A stretch of 62,665 nucleotides of DNA, filler included, from an uncultured virus (IMG/VR IMGVR_UViG_2061766007_001450) (taxonomy: Duplodnaviria; Heunggongvirae; Uroviricota; Caudoviricetes). It is 5 parts of one record of this genome, joined end to end, with 100 filler letters (N's around TTAATTAATTAA, not from the genome) between each part and the next. Parts side by side here need not be neighbours in the genome. Positions count along the whole stretch, not along the records: positions 1,775 to 30,689 come from IMGVR_UViG_2061766007_001450; 4 more parts are not named here. The stretch is one strand, 5' to 3'. The translations under genes were made by a program, and so were the position numbers. The notes under the pieces are model-generated. The model saw only the letters and a program-made list of their open reading frames with translations, ran no database searches and was not told where the DNA came from. Of this stretch, positions 19,188 through 29,632 are shown piece by piece. Positions within the stretch are counted from its first letter, which is position 1. Every line of letters starts with the position of its first letter.

Positions 19188-19562
19188 TCAACACTCCTTA
19201 CTTTCGTCATAGTCACCAAATAGCGGTTGCTCCGTCTTGATTGTAACATCTGTTTTCAAAACATTCTCGCCCAAAATCTCTCTTATTAATTCAATGGCTT
19301 TAATATCGCCGTTGGCGGCTTTTGCTATAAGTTTCACCATTGATGCCTCAATGAATGTCATTCCGTCCTCGCCCGTGGTCGGATTGGTCAAGGGATTGCC
19401 GTTTTTGTCTTTCATTTGCAAATGCAAAAAGCGCAACAAATTTTCTTTCATTGTGCGCTTTTTGCGTCTGGACTTGCCGCTATTGATGCCGCCTTTGCGT
19501 CCAAATTCTCTTGCTTCGCTCTTGCTTCGTTGGCTTGTCGGTATTAAATTATCGTCATTCAT
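19188..19562 (-). CDS. Alternative terminase small subunit-like protein (124 aa)
   Basis: NLIP...GRKGGINSG-SRR, KA--GD-KA; between the methyltransferase and the TerL start. Confidence 0.7.
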   Translation of the reverse strand: MNDDNLIPTSQRSKSEAREFGRKGGINSGKSRRKKRTMKENLLRFLHLQMKDKNGNPLTNPTTGEDGMTFIEASMVKLIAKAANGDIKAIELIREILGENVLKTDVTIKTEQPLFGDYDESKEC

Positions 19563-19583
19563 AGCGTTGTTATTTTATTGCGG

Positions 19584-19599
19584 TGTTTCGCGTGAAACA
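19584..19599. promoter_or_regulatory. parS-like site abutting the methyltransferase stop
   Basis: TGTTTCGCGTGAAACA. Confidence 0.7.
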
Positions 19600-20664
19600 T
19601 TAAATTTTGCTTAGCCACTGCAAATAAATTTGGTGGGCAATTTGCGCCGTCATAATTGGCGGCACGGACATTCCCAAAAAGAATTGTAATTTTTGCCCCC
19701 CCCAATTATAATCCATTGGGAATGTACTTAATTTTAACAATTCATTATTATTTAATCCTCTTTTGTACAAAGGGTGATACAAGCAACTTCCGGCTGCCAA
19801 AGTGTTGGGGACATCATTCATATTCAACCTTACACTATTAAAGCGGTTGCCTTTGGGATGATGCTTGCTGATTGGCTCGCCTTGTTTGCACAAATCATAA
19901 TATGGAATGTCGCACGGTGCAATTTTGTTTTCGCCGCCAATATTACCATCATCAATATCTTTAAATAAAATAGGCGGCTCTGAAAAATTCAGAACCAATT
20001 TTGGCAAACGAAATTCTTTTTTCAATCCAATTACAAAAACACGTTCCCTTTTTTGCGGAACGCCCATCTGCGCGGCGTTTAGCAAAAAGACTTGCACGTT
20101 ATATCCTATTGTATCAAGATGTTTAACAATTTTTTTTAGATAAACTTTGCCGTTTCCTTTTGCTAACCCGGAAACATTTTCAAGCCAACAAACTTTTGGC
20201 TTTAATTTTTTTATCGTGTCGCAATACACAAACACTAAATCATCAAGTCTTTGTTTTTTCTGACCTTCCGCAAATTGCTTTTCTTTGCCCCACGCAGCCT
20301 CTCGACTTCCGGCTGTTGAAAATGTAGAACACGGCGGCGAACCGTCCAAAATGTCTAATTGATACAACTCTTCGGGCAAATCAGTTCTTTCGTTAAAATC
20401 TCTAATATCCTCTATGAATAGATATTTTGGGTGATGATTTATTTTATATACTTGTGCTACTTTTGGGTCTAATTCGACACCGCCTAAATGGTCATAACCG
20501 GCTAATTTATATCCCATAGACGAACCACCACCACAAATAAAAGTGCCAAATACTTTGCATTTGTGCTGTTGTATATTATTTGATGGATAGCCGTCTGACA
20601 ATCGCCATATATAAGGGAATGTATGACCGTTAAATTTTTGCGTATTTTTCTCTGTCATAGCCAA
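19600..20664 (-). CDS. DNA cytosine-C5 methyltransferase
   Basis: GSPPC, ENV, QKRER; motif X GMSV. Confidence 0.9.
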   Translation of the reverse strand: MAMTEKNTQKFNGHTFPYIWRLSDGYPSNNIQQHKCKVFGTFICGGGSSMGYKLAGYDHLGGVELDPKVAQVYKINHHPKYLFIEDIRDFNERTDLPEELYQLDILDGSPPCSTFSTAGSREAAWGKEKQFAEGQKKQRLDDLVFVYCDTIKKLKPKVCWLENVSGLAKGNGKVYLKKIVKHLDTIGYNVQVFLLNAAQMGVPQKRERVFVIGLKKEFRLPKLVLNFSEPPILFKDIDDGNIGGENKIAPCDIPYYDLCKQGEPISKHHPKGNRFNSVRLNMNDVPNTLAAGSCLYHPLYKRGLNNNELLKLSTFPMDYNWGGQKLQFFLGMSVPPIMTAQIAHQIYLQWLSKI

Positions 20665-21018
20665 GCATTTTTAATATTTTACCTTCTTTGTCATCGCCTA
20701 ATTGTTGCTGTACAAATGCGTGTTCCTCAATGGTAAATTTCAATTTCATTTCGATTTTATCATCGAAATCAGAAACATCAATTTCTTTGCCGTCTTTCAA
20801 ATTTGGGTCGCCATCCAACTCTGCGCCCCAATCGGTCGGCAACTCCACGCCCCAATCTTCCATTTCTGCCGTGTCCCATTCGTTTGCGACAATATCCCAA
20901 TCATACTCACCAAAATTTTCATTGTCTTTGATTGCATATTGGCGCAATTTTTCAACCGGCGTTTCTGTATCAAGCACCTTGCACGGCAATTCTTTGTAGC
21001 CGATTTCTTTGCAGGCTC
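20630..21018 (-). CDS. ParB-N protein, C-terminal fragment
   Basis: ACKEIGYKELPCKVLD...DNENFG; overlaps the methyltransferase start with no CmoA-like gene between. Confidence 0.8.
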
Positions 21019-21029
21019 NNNNNNNNNNC

Positions 21030-21373
21030 TGCGGGAAGTAACTACAAAATACAGCCTTGTTTTCTTTGTACAAATCCTCAATGCCTACTGAAAATAATAA
21101 TTCTTTCGGCATATTGCCCATCATACTTTCTATCGCCGTAATAATCAGTATGCCGTGCCATTGCCGCAAAGTGATAATTTCAATTTGTTTTGTAGGCACT
21201 CCATAGGCATCAATATCAATTATATCAAATTTTGACAAATCAAGCGTTGGCAAGTATTTAAGATTGTCGCCTTGTAAGGCGGTGGGATTTTTGCCTTTCT
21301 CTTTTTCGATTGATACAATTTTTATTATTTTGTCTGAACGTCTTTTTACTTCTTGCCATAAAAGACCATAACC
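21030..21373 (-). CDS. Putative methyltransferase fragment (DxDAYG motif)
   Basis: GYGLLW...QGDNLKYL...FDIIDIDAYGVP; both ends in gaps. Confidence 0.55.
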
Positions 21374-21627
21374 NNNNNNNNNNNNNNNNNNNNNNNNNNN
21401 NNNNNNNNNNNNNNNNNNNNNNNNNNNNNNNNNNNNNNNNNNNNNNNNNNNNNNNNNNNNNNNNNNNAACTCGTTTGAATTTGGAAAGAATAATTTTGAA
21501 GTGCCTTTTGTATGGTTTCGGCGATTTCGGTAGCATAATCGCACTCGCAAGATACCAATATAAATGATTTTTNNNNNNNNNNNNNNNNNNNNNNNNNNNN
21601 NNNNNNNNNNNNNNNNNNNNNNNNNNT

Positions 21628-22022
21628 AGTTCGTCGCCCCAATCTGTCGGCAACTCCACGCCCCAATCTTCCATTTCTGCCGTGTCCCAACTATTAGCCA
21701 CTTCGTCCCAATCATACTCGCCAAAGTTTTCATTATCTTTGATTGCGTATTGACGCAATTTTTCAACCGGCGTTTCTGCATCAAGCACCTTGCAAGGCAA
21801 TTCCTTATACCCAAGTTCCTTNNNNNNNNNNNNNNNNNNNNNNNNNNNNNNNNNNNNNNNNNNNNNNNNNNNNNNAAGTTGGAGCATTTCGGGCGCGTCC
21901 TCGATGCTTTTCTTTAACTTTTCGTATCGGTGGTCGCGAATTTGACGCGGATTTTTGGGGAGTCCCTCAATCTGTCCGTCATTCGTCGCCAAGTCCTTTA
22001 TCTTGATAGTCTTTATTTCCAT
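21628..22022 (-). CDS. ParB-N protein, gapped variant
   Basis: N-terminus identical to 8889; another start copy at 22132-22278; parS-like site at 22042. Confidence 0.8.
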
Positions 22023-23332
22023 CGTCCAAAATTAGTATTGTTGTTTCACGCGAAACAATGAACGGCGCGTTTTGTGCCACCGTTCTATCGTCCCGCTCTA
22101 TGATTATAACGTCAACATCGNNNNNNNNNNGAGTTGGAGCATTTCGGGCGCGTCCTCGATGCTCTTTTTTAACTTTTCGTATCGGTGGTCGCGAATTTGG
22201 CGCGGATTTTTGGGCAAACCGTCAATTTGCCCGTCATTCGTTGCCAAGTCCTTTATCTTGATAGTCTTTATTTCCATCGTCCAAAATTAGTANNNNNNNN
22301 NNNNNNNNNNNNNNNNNNNNNNNNNNNNNNNNNNNNNNNNNNNNNNNNNNNNNNNNNNNNNNNNNNNNNNNNNNNNNNNNNNNNNNNNNNNNNNNNNNNN
22401 NNNNNNNNNNNNNNNNNNNNNNNNNNNNNNNNNNNNNNNNNNNNNNNNNNNNNNNNNNNNNNNNNNNNNNNNNNNNNNNNNNNNNNNNNNNNNNNNNNNN
22501 NNNNNNNNNNNNNNNNNNNNNNNNNNNNNNNNNNNNNNNNNNNNNNNNNNNNNNNNNNNNNNNNNNNNNNNNNNNNNNNNNNNNNNNNNNNNNNNNNNNN
22601 NNNNNNNNNNNNNNNNNNNNNNNNNNNNNNNNNNNNNNNNNNNNNNNNNNNNNNNNNNNNNNNNNNNNNNNNNNNNNNNNNNNNNNNNNNNNNNNNNNNN
22701 NNNNNNNNNNNNNNNNNNNNNNNNNNNNNNNNNNNNNNNNNNNNNNNNNNNNNNNNNNNNNNNNNNNNNNNNNNNNNNNNNNNNNNNNNNNNNNNNNNNN
22801 NNNNNNNNNNNNNNNNNNNNNNNNNNNNNNNNNNNNNNNNNNNNNNNNNNNNNNNNNNNNNNNNNNNNNNNNNNNNNNNNNNNNNNNNNNNNNNNNNNNN
22901 NNNNNNNNNNNNNNNNNNNNNNNNNNNNNNNNNNNNNNNNNNNNNNNNNNNNNNNNNNNNNNNNNNNNNNNNNNNNNNNNNNNNNNNNNNNNNNNNNNNN
23001 NNNNNNNNNNNNNNNNNNNNNNNNNNNNNNNNNNNNNNNNNNNNNNNNNNNNNNNNNNNNNNNNNNNNNNNNNNNNNNNNNNNNNNNNNNNNNNNNNNNN
23101 NNNNNNNNNNNNNNNNNNNNNNNNNNNNNNNNNNNNNNNNNNNNNNNNNNNNNNNNNNNNNNNNNNNNNNNNNNNNNNNNNNNNNNNNNNNNNNNNNNNN
23201 NNNNNNNNNNNNNNNNNNNNNNNNNNNNNNNNNNNNNNNNNNNNTAAAGACAGCCATTGACACATAAGGCTCTGTGTCGCCACTACTTCATACGGAAGTC
23301 CCGCGTTGCTGTTGTTATTCTCCATTTGTTTT

Positions 23333-23860
23333 TCATTTTTTAGGCGGTAGGGGGAACGCCAATTTGTCATAATTGTCTGCCATAATCTTGTACCAAGCAT
23401 CTGCATCAAGTTGCACGGCTCGGGGGTATTCGATTATGCTGTCTTTCGGTGCTGCCATCCACCACAAACCAAATTTGCCTTTGATTGGCAACTCGATAAC
23501 GGGGCGCGGGTTTCTGAATAGCCACCCCCACCCTTTTTTGATGCTCTGCCAATTTTCACGTGAAACACGTGTACACATCCAATCTTTTTCTGTAAATTGC
23601 TCCACGGGCTTGATGTCGTACAACTCCGCAACCCCTACGGTGATGCCGTTTCGCTCTGTATGCCCCACCCCCTTTTGTGAGGAACATATCAAAACGTCGC
23701 CGCGATATTTCAAAGGTCTTGAACGTAATTCAATGCTCTTTTCGCCGAATGTTACGCCGTTGGCATCGGTGTAAGCCGGTGTTATCAAGGTATCGGCAAA
23801 TGGTTGTTTCACGGTCAAGCATCGAAACATATCCACTTCGGGGTCGTTTTGTTGTATCAT
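23333..23860 (-). CDS. ASCH-domain protein
   Basis: LTVKQPFA, GEKSIELRS, YRGDVLI, KGKFGLW. Confidence 0.8.
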   Translation of the reverse strand: MIQQNDPEVDMFRCLTVKQPFADTLITPAYTDANGVTFGEKSIELRSRPLKYRGDVLICSSQKGVGHTERNGITVGVAELYDIKPVEQFTEKDWMCTRVSRENWQSIKKGWGWLFRNPRPVIELPIKGKFGLWWMAAPKDSIIEYPRAVQLDADAWYKIMADNYDKLAFPLPPKK

Positions 23861-23876
23861 CGGTCAAAAGTTAAAG

Positions 23877-24335
23877 TTAAAATGGCAAATCATCATCTTT
23901 TGGCGGTGCTGCCGCCGGTTGCTGCATCGTTGTTTGCTGCGGCTGTCCGTACAGTTGNNNNNNNNNNNNNNNNNNNNNNNNNNNNNCTGCATCTTGAACC
24001 GCCAAACGTCCAAGCAATTCGACGCGCTCAACAATAACTTCCGTTATCTTGTGCGGAACATTGTCGCTGCCTACATATTCGCGTGTGCGTGTTTTGCCCT
24101 CGCAATAAATCTTATCGCCCTTATGTACATATTGAGCGATAACATTTGCAAGGTTGCCTTTGGCGACGCAATTAAACCACTCTGTGTGGTCGGGAACTTG
24201 CCGTCCGTCCTTGGTGGTATAGCCTTTGTCAGTGACAGCCACGGAGAAATTGGCAACCGTGCCGCCGTCTGCAAAGTTTGAAATTCTCGGCTCGCCGCCA
24301 ACGTTGCCGAGGATTGTCTGTACATTTACTCCCAT
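23877..24335 (-). CDS. ssb: Single-stranded DNA-binding protein
   Basis: OB-fold motifs and DDDLPF tail. Confidence 0.95.
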   Translation of the reverse strand: MGVNVQTILGNVGGEPRISNFADGGTVANFSVAVTDKGYTTKDGRQVPDHTEWFNCVAKGNLANVIAQYVHKGDKIYCEGKTRTREYVGSDNVPHKITEVIVERVELLGRLAVQDAXXXXXXXXXXQLYGQPQQTTMQQPAAAPPKDDDLPF

Positions 24336-24584
24336 ATTCTTTTTATAACGTTGATTATATCAATAACGGCATTGATGTATGCTGCGGCTGTCAGTATCAG
24401 CCACACCCACACATAAATTTTGTACCGTTTCATTTTTTTATCTTCTGTCTTTGTCGTTTCCATAGCAAAGATTTTAATTTTGTTACTGCAAAGATAACAA
24501 TAATTTTTGTATAATGCAAAATTTATTGTTAANNNNNNNNNNNNNNNNNNNNNNNNNNNNNNNNNNNNNNNNNNNNNNNNNNNN

Positions 24585-24830
24585 TCTTTTGCGGTATGTT
24601 TCGACGGCATAATTGATTGCATCTTCAAGGGTAACACGGATTTCGCTTTCCTTGCGTCTTGATGTTGTTGTTGCGGTCTTTGAATATGCCGCGCACGTTT
24701 CAACATCGTAAGCATAACCATCTCCACAAAAAGCGATTGCGGCTATCTTGCCAAGTCTGATTTCGCCACCTACAAGTATATATACTTTATCGTGGACGCT
24801 GTAAGCCGTTTTAAAATTAATTACTTCCAT
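24585..24830 (-). CDS. Hypothetical protein, 3' partial
   Basis: Homolog of 6169-6522. Confidence 0.7.
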
Positions 24831-25254
24831 CTCTTTTGTGTATTTCGCCGAGTTCGGGGTTTTGATAAATGTTGCCCACTACCTCTGCATCAAGGTTTGT
24901 TGTTTTGTTCTTATATTCGCGCAAAAGGCGGCTTAACTCCATCGTAAAGCCGTATGTGTGCCGTACATCGAAACGGAAATATTTCTCATTGTAAAATACG
25001 ACATAAACGCCCTTTGCATCGTTTTGTTTTAGCGCGTCGCCCTCATATACATCGTTTCCGTTGCAGTCTTTTGCAACCCACTTCCCCACCGTAGTGGGGT
25101 CAACGTCCATCAATCCGACGTCGGTGTGTATAATGTGCCGCTCGGGGAACATTCCATCGTCAGACGGCGCGGCATAGTCGTAATATCCATATACCCAAAA
25201 AGGCGCGCTACCATTACCGGGGTCGTAGAGTCCTCTGCATTTATGTTCTTTCAT
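24817..25254 (-). CDS. YopX-family protein
   Basis: WVYG, VDP-TVG, D-NG--VYEGD, EVVGNIYQNPEL. Confidence 0.85.
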   Translation of the reverse strand: MKEHKCRGLYDPGNGSAPFWVYGYYDYAAPSDDGMFPERHIIHTDVGLMDVDPTTVGKWVAKDCNGNDVYEGDALKQNDAKGVYVVFYNEKYFRFDVRHTYGFTMELSRLLREYKNKTTNLDAEVVGNIYQNPELGEIHKRDGSN

Positions 25255-25360
25255 ATCATTTCACGTGAAAAGTTAAACATCAAGATACTCGCGGCGGCTA
25301 TCAACCATTTCGTTAATCCGCTCTTTGAGTTTCGCGTTTTCCGCCCTGAANNNNNNNNNN

Positions 25361-25710
25361 ACGTTGATGTTACAACGTGTTTCACGCCGACAGCCGAAAT
25401 GGGAGAGCCTGAATTTTTGACGCTTCACTATGACAGCATCGACCGCCCGACTACTTGTGATGAAATCAACCGATACCACCGCGACACTTGCAAATGGGAT
25501 AGCGGCATCGCTTATCATTATGTAGTTATGGGTGATAAAATCTACAAATGCAGAGATGAGCATCAGATAGGAACACACGTAAAAAACGGCAATTCCAANN
25601 NNNNNNNNNNNNNNNNNNNNNNNNNNNNNNNNNNNNNNNNNNNNNNNNNNNNNNNNNNNNNNNAATTTTGATTTGGACGGTTTGAAAAAATGGATATTTA
25701 CAACAAATTA
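25361..25710 (+). CDS. Amidase fragment (variant)
   Basis: FLTLH, IAYHY, GTHVKNGN. Confidence 0.7.
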
Positions 25711-25712
25711 GA

Positions 25713-26579
25713 ATGGCAACAAAAACAACATACTTTGACCCCGAAACAATGAGCGTCGGCAACATCACCACGACCGATAACGAAACGTGGTATAATTCCG
25801 CCGACGGAGTTGTAAGTAGGGTAGTGGAGCAGCGCGAGAGCCTTATTCCCTTTGCCGCCTATTCCGCATTTGTGAAGATGATGCAGAGAGCGGCACAGAA
25901 TAGCGGCAACGATGCGGCAATAATGCCACAATATTCTGACATCGTCGCGGCAGCATCGGGACAGTGTTCCGACAGTGTTACGACAATAACCCGACAGACA
26001 AACGACACAAGCGCGGCGAGAAGTGCAAGGCGTCCGTCGTTAAAACCGCGTCAGATTTTAAAGAAATATGCCGCAGTAGTGGCAATTCTGAAAGACGCAA
26101 AGACAATCAAGGAAGTGAGCGGCGGCGTATATTCCAACTTTAAATCCTTACCGACAAACACCCCTCAATATTTGGTGGACGAAATCAACCGCCGAGGATT
26201 GAGGAGAGAAAACGGCAAGATGTGGACGCAGGAAACAATATCGCCGATTGTTGCAGCAATGAAAATCAACGCCCGACCGACTTTGTTTCGCGTTTGTTTT
26301 TTGATTGTTGTTTCGATTGTTATTGCCGTTGGCGTTACGAAGGTGTGGCAGTGGTTTGCAGCACCGACCGAAACAACGATGCAGACAGTACAATCAAGTA
26401 ATCAAAACAAATTCACGGTGGCGGATGTTGATTTGATTTGTAAAGAAAACAAAATCAAGTTGACAGAATACAGAGTTAATTTGATTTTGGCAAAGAGTTA
26501 CCCCGACAAGGCGGCACTTGCCGAGGAAATCAAAAAGCAATATGCCGAAATGTTAAACGCAATGAAAAAACAGAAATGA
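25713..26579 (+). CDS. DNA-binding-segment plus TM protein
   Basis: Close homolog of 17336-18205. Confidence 0.7.
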   Translation: MATKTTYFDPETMSVGNITTTDNETWYNSADGVVSRVVEQRESLIPFAAYSAFVKMMQRAAQNSGNDAAIMPQYSDIVAAASGQCSDSVTTITRQTNDTSAARSARRPSLKPRQILKKYAAVVAILKDAKTIKEVSGGVYSNFKSLPTNTPQYLVDEINRRGLRRENGKMWTQETISPIVAAMKINARPTLFRVCFLIVVSIVIAVGVTKVWQWFAAPTETTMQTVQSSNQNKFTVADVDLICKENKIKLTEYRVNLILAKSYPDKAALAEEIKKQYAEMLNAMKKQK

Positions 26580-27202
26580 TTATATTCTTTATAGTTATAA
26601 TATCATTTATTCTTTTTTTGTGGGCTTTGAACGAAGGGCAACATCCAATATCAGATACAGCGGATGAAATATGCCTAATTGACCCGCAGAAGGACATATA
26701 TTATTCACTTGTCGATGAGATAAGCGGTGTGGAGAAATTTGATTTTTCAAAATACAATCTTTATTTGGATGGACGCCGTAAGTATAAAGGAGGGTATGAT
26801 TATGAGCGTATCATCGTAGGGAATGATATTGAAGAATTAAAATCAAAAAAGGCGGAGATTTTACAAAAAAAAATATATAATCCCGCATATCCTAAGTCAA
26901 TAAAAATAAAATTAGACATTAACGACGAAATAATATGTGGAAGACCAAAGGAAATAGTTACTAACAGTAGAGATATTGTAATGCTGTGGAAATCTTATGA
27001 TTACATTAGGTATATAGATGGAGAATGGATAAGAGTTCCGCAAGGCTATTACAATCATATTGAATTGTCGAATGGTGTCAGCTACGAAACTGATTTTGAA
27101 AGTCCAGAGGAATATAACGAGCGCATTAAAAGCAAGGCTTTGCAGCGCGAAGAGGAGAGATTAAACAACATACTAACCCAAATTGATAATTTAACGAAAT
27201 GA
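26576..27202 (+). CDS. Inserted low-GC gene with N-terminal TM (moron)
   Basis: Absent at the equivalent junction (18202); ATGA overlaps at both ends. Confidence 0.7.
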   Translation: MIIFFIVIISFILFLWALNEGQHPISDTADEICLIDPQKDIYYSLVDEISGVEKFDFSKYNLYLDGRRKYKGGYDYERIIVGNDIEELKSKKAEILQKKIYNPAYPKSIKIKLDINDEIICGRPKEIVTNSRDIVMLWKSYDYIRYIDGEWIRVPQGYYNHIELSNGVSYETDFESPEEYNERIKSKALQREEERLNNILTQIDNLTK

Positions 27203-27479
27203 AGATAATCGGAGTAATATTGGCGATGATTGTTGTTGCCTTTGCCGTCAATATCTTGATGGGTGGCGGCGAGGTAACAAAGNNNNNNNNNNCAACGCCC
27301 GCATTGATAGCGTCCGCGCCGACGTTGCCAAGGTGTGGAATGTTTCACGCGAAACGAAAGTCAACACCGACAGCATCAAGGCGGAAGTGCGCACACTTGA
27401 CGGCAAGGTGGACGAAATAGCCAAAGACGTAAAGGAGATAAAAACAACAACACAGACAATCGAATTTAAATTATTCTAA
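27199..27479 (+). CDS. Small signal-anchored coiled-coil protein (gapped)
   Basis: MKIIGVILAMIVVAFAVNILMGG...TIEFKLF; copies at 18202, 29388-29573 and 38738-39035. Confidence 0.65.
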
Positions 27480-27481
27480 CT

Positions 27482-27997
27482 ATGGGGAAAGGTATGACAG
27501 GATGGTCATTAGCACCTACATACGAAGAGGAGAGAAATGAGGTTTATACAACTGCAATTTCTATCTTTGGTAAAATTGCATACGCAATATTCCGTTATGA
27601 GGATATTTCTGTAACAATTACAAAGAATATCTTATTGATGATTTTTGCGCGGCGAAAATATTTAGAGGTGTCAAAATTCTTGGACGCTTACGGGAATGGT
27701 CTATTTAGGCAACGTGTCTATTCTGTGCTAAACACACTTTATCAATGTAAAGTGGTAATAAGAGGGGCAGGATATACGTTTGGCATTTTCGAGACCTTTT
27801 ACCCAAAGGGTTGTGGCAATTTCGGCATAGGTTCTCTCAATGATTGTATGGAGAGCGATATTACCCTTAAATTCGACGATGATTTTAAATGTTTTATCGA
27901 AAATGCGGATAAATATGAATATGCAGGCGGTTATAATTCGCCAAGAGCGGTCAAAAAAATAGCGTTCAGAAGAAAACCAAATTCGGAAATCGTCTAA
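27482..27997 (+). CDS. Hypothetical protein in a variable slot
   Basis: 171-aa ORF between conserved flanks. Confidence 0.65.
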   Translation: MGKGMTGWSLAPTYEEERNEVYTTAISIFGKIAYAIFRYEDISVTITKNILLMIFARRKYLEVSKFLDAYGNGLFRQRVYSVLNTLYQCKVVIRGAGYTFGIFETFYPKGCGNFGIGSLNDCMESDITLKFDDDFKCFIENADKYEYAGGYNSPRAVKKIAFRRKPNSEIV

Positions 27998-28015
27998 CAA
28001 ACAAAGTAAAACGGA

Positions 28016-28561
28016 ATGATACTCAAAATAATTTTGGCGGCACTTTGTGCAAACTTACTTTACACCAACGCGAATTTGATGTTAGCGGCATCGTCAGAGT
28101 TGGCAACGTGGCAATCGTGGATGATGGTTGTTTTTGCTATCACTTACAGCCTTATATCGACACTATCCATATTCAAGATGCAGAGCCTTTTTGCAATCGT
28201 CTGTTTTGCGATATTGGACGGCGCGGCGGTTTATCTTCACTTTGCCGATCACGGCGCAAACTTCAAAATGATTGTGGCGGTGTATTTCGGCATTTACACN
28301 NNNNNNNNNTGTTTTTGCTGTAACATACAGCCTTATATCCACGTTATCAATCTTTAAAATGCAGAGTCTTTTTGCAATCGTCTGTTTTGCGATATTGGAC
28401 GGCACGGCGGTGTTTCTACATTTTGCCGACCACGGCGCAAACTTCAAAATGATTGTGGCGGTGTATTTCGGCATTTACACAGCTTACACCTTGATTGTCG
28501 CCTTTGCCATCAAGCGCAATGAAGATGCAGAGGATAACGGCAACGAGGTTGAGGGACACGA
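28016..28561 (+). CDS. Multi-TM protein (gapped pieces)
   Basis: Homolog of 37514-38206. Confidence 0.65.
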
Positions 28562-28598
28562 NNNNNNNNNNAAAAACTTTACGACTTATGAATTTAAA

Positions 28599-29249
28599 AT
28601 GAAAGTTTACGGATATTTAAGGGTCTCTACGGACGACCAAGACGAAAACAGCCAAAAGCGCGGTGTTGACGAATTTGCGTCGAAAAACGGCTTGAAAATA
28701 GATGAGTACGTGATAGACCACGGACTGTCAGGTGCTAAGGAATTCAAAGACCGTGTCATCGGCAAACTCATAAAGAAGTTGCAGAAGGGCGACACCGTTA
28801 TTGCGTCGGAAATTTCGCGCATCGGAAGGCGACTTATCCTCGTTCTTGACTTTATCAAGATTTGCACGGAAAAGGGTGTCAACTTCTTTACGGTGAAAGA
28901 CCGCTATAAAATTGAGGACACGTTGCAGAGCAAAGTAATTCTTACTGTTATGGGATTGTGTGCGGAAATAGAGCGTGATTTGATAAGGCAGCGCACTTGT
29001 GAAGGCTTGGCAAGGGTAAGAGCAACAGGGAAAAAATTGGGTAGGGCGTATGGCGTAAGATGCCGTGTTAATCCCAAATGCGAGGCAATGTTTATTGAAA
29101 TAAATGCAATGATAGCCGGCGGAGTAGAAAAAAGCGTAATCGCGGAAAAAGTTGGCGTATCAAAAGCAACATTATATAGGTATCTTGTGTACAAAGGACT
29201 TTTTACAACAAAAAGCAAAAAGTTTCGGGAGACAGGTATATTTTACTGA
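28599..29249 (+). CDS. Small serine recombinase (resolvase/invertase family)
   Basis: YGYLRVST, D-G-SG, EISRIGR, AEIERDLIRQRT-EGL, GKKLGR, C-terminal HTH VSKATLYRY. Confidence 0.92.
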   Translation: MKVYGYLRVSTDDQDENSQKRGVDEFASKNGLKIDEYVIDHGLSGAKEFKDRVIGKLIKKLQKGDTVIASEISRIGRRLILVLDFIKICTEKGVNFFTVKDRYKIEDTLQSKVILTVMGLCAEIERDLIRQRTCEGLARVRATGKKLGRAYGVRCRVNPKCEAMFIEINAMIAGGVEKSVIAEKVGVSKATLYRYLVYKGLFTTKSKKFRETGIFY

Positions 29250-29632
29250 TAAGAATTATGAAATTCGAGAAAATAACGCTATCAGAGCCGCAAATAAAAT
29301 GGCTGCAAAAACATTTCAAACACACGAAAAACGATGTTATCCGTGAGCGTTTGGGATTGAGCCATTCTACACTTCANNNNNNNNNNTAACGCCCGCATTG
29401 ATAGCGTCAGGGCTGACCTTGCTAAGGTGTGGAATGTTTCACGCGAAACAAAGGCAAACACGGACAGCATCAAGGCGGAAGTGCGCACACTTGACGGCAA
29501 AGTGGACGAAATAGCCAAAGACGTAAAGGAGATAAAGACAACGACAAAAACGATTGAGTTTAAACTGTTTTAAATACGACAAAAAATCCGTGCATAGTTT
29601 CACGGTAGTAATAACATCATAATAACAAACAA

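Noticed and set aside
22185..23409. Long ORFs spanning N runs (also 48669-49359 and 53801-55261)
   Set aside because: Open only because N translates as X
5600..25350. Large inverted duplication centred near 14830, suggesting a hairpin end or inversion
   Set aside because: The centre is an N-gap and the arms are diverged with different gene content; best explained by scaffolding of related strains
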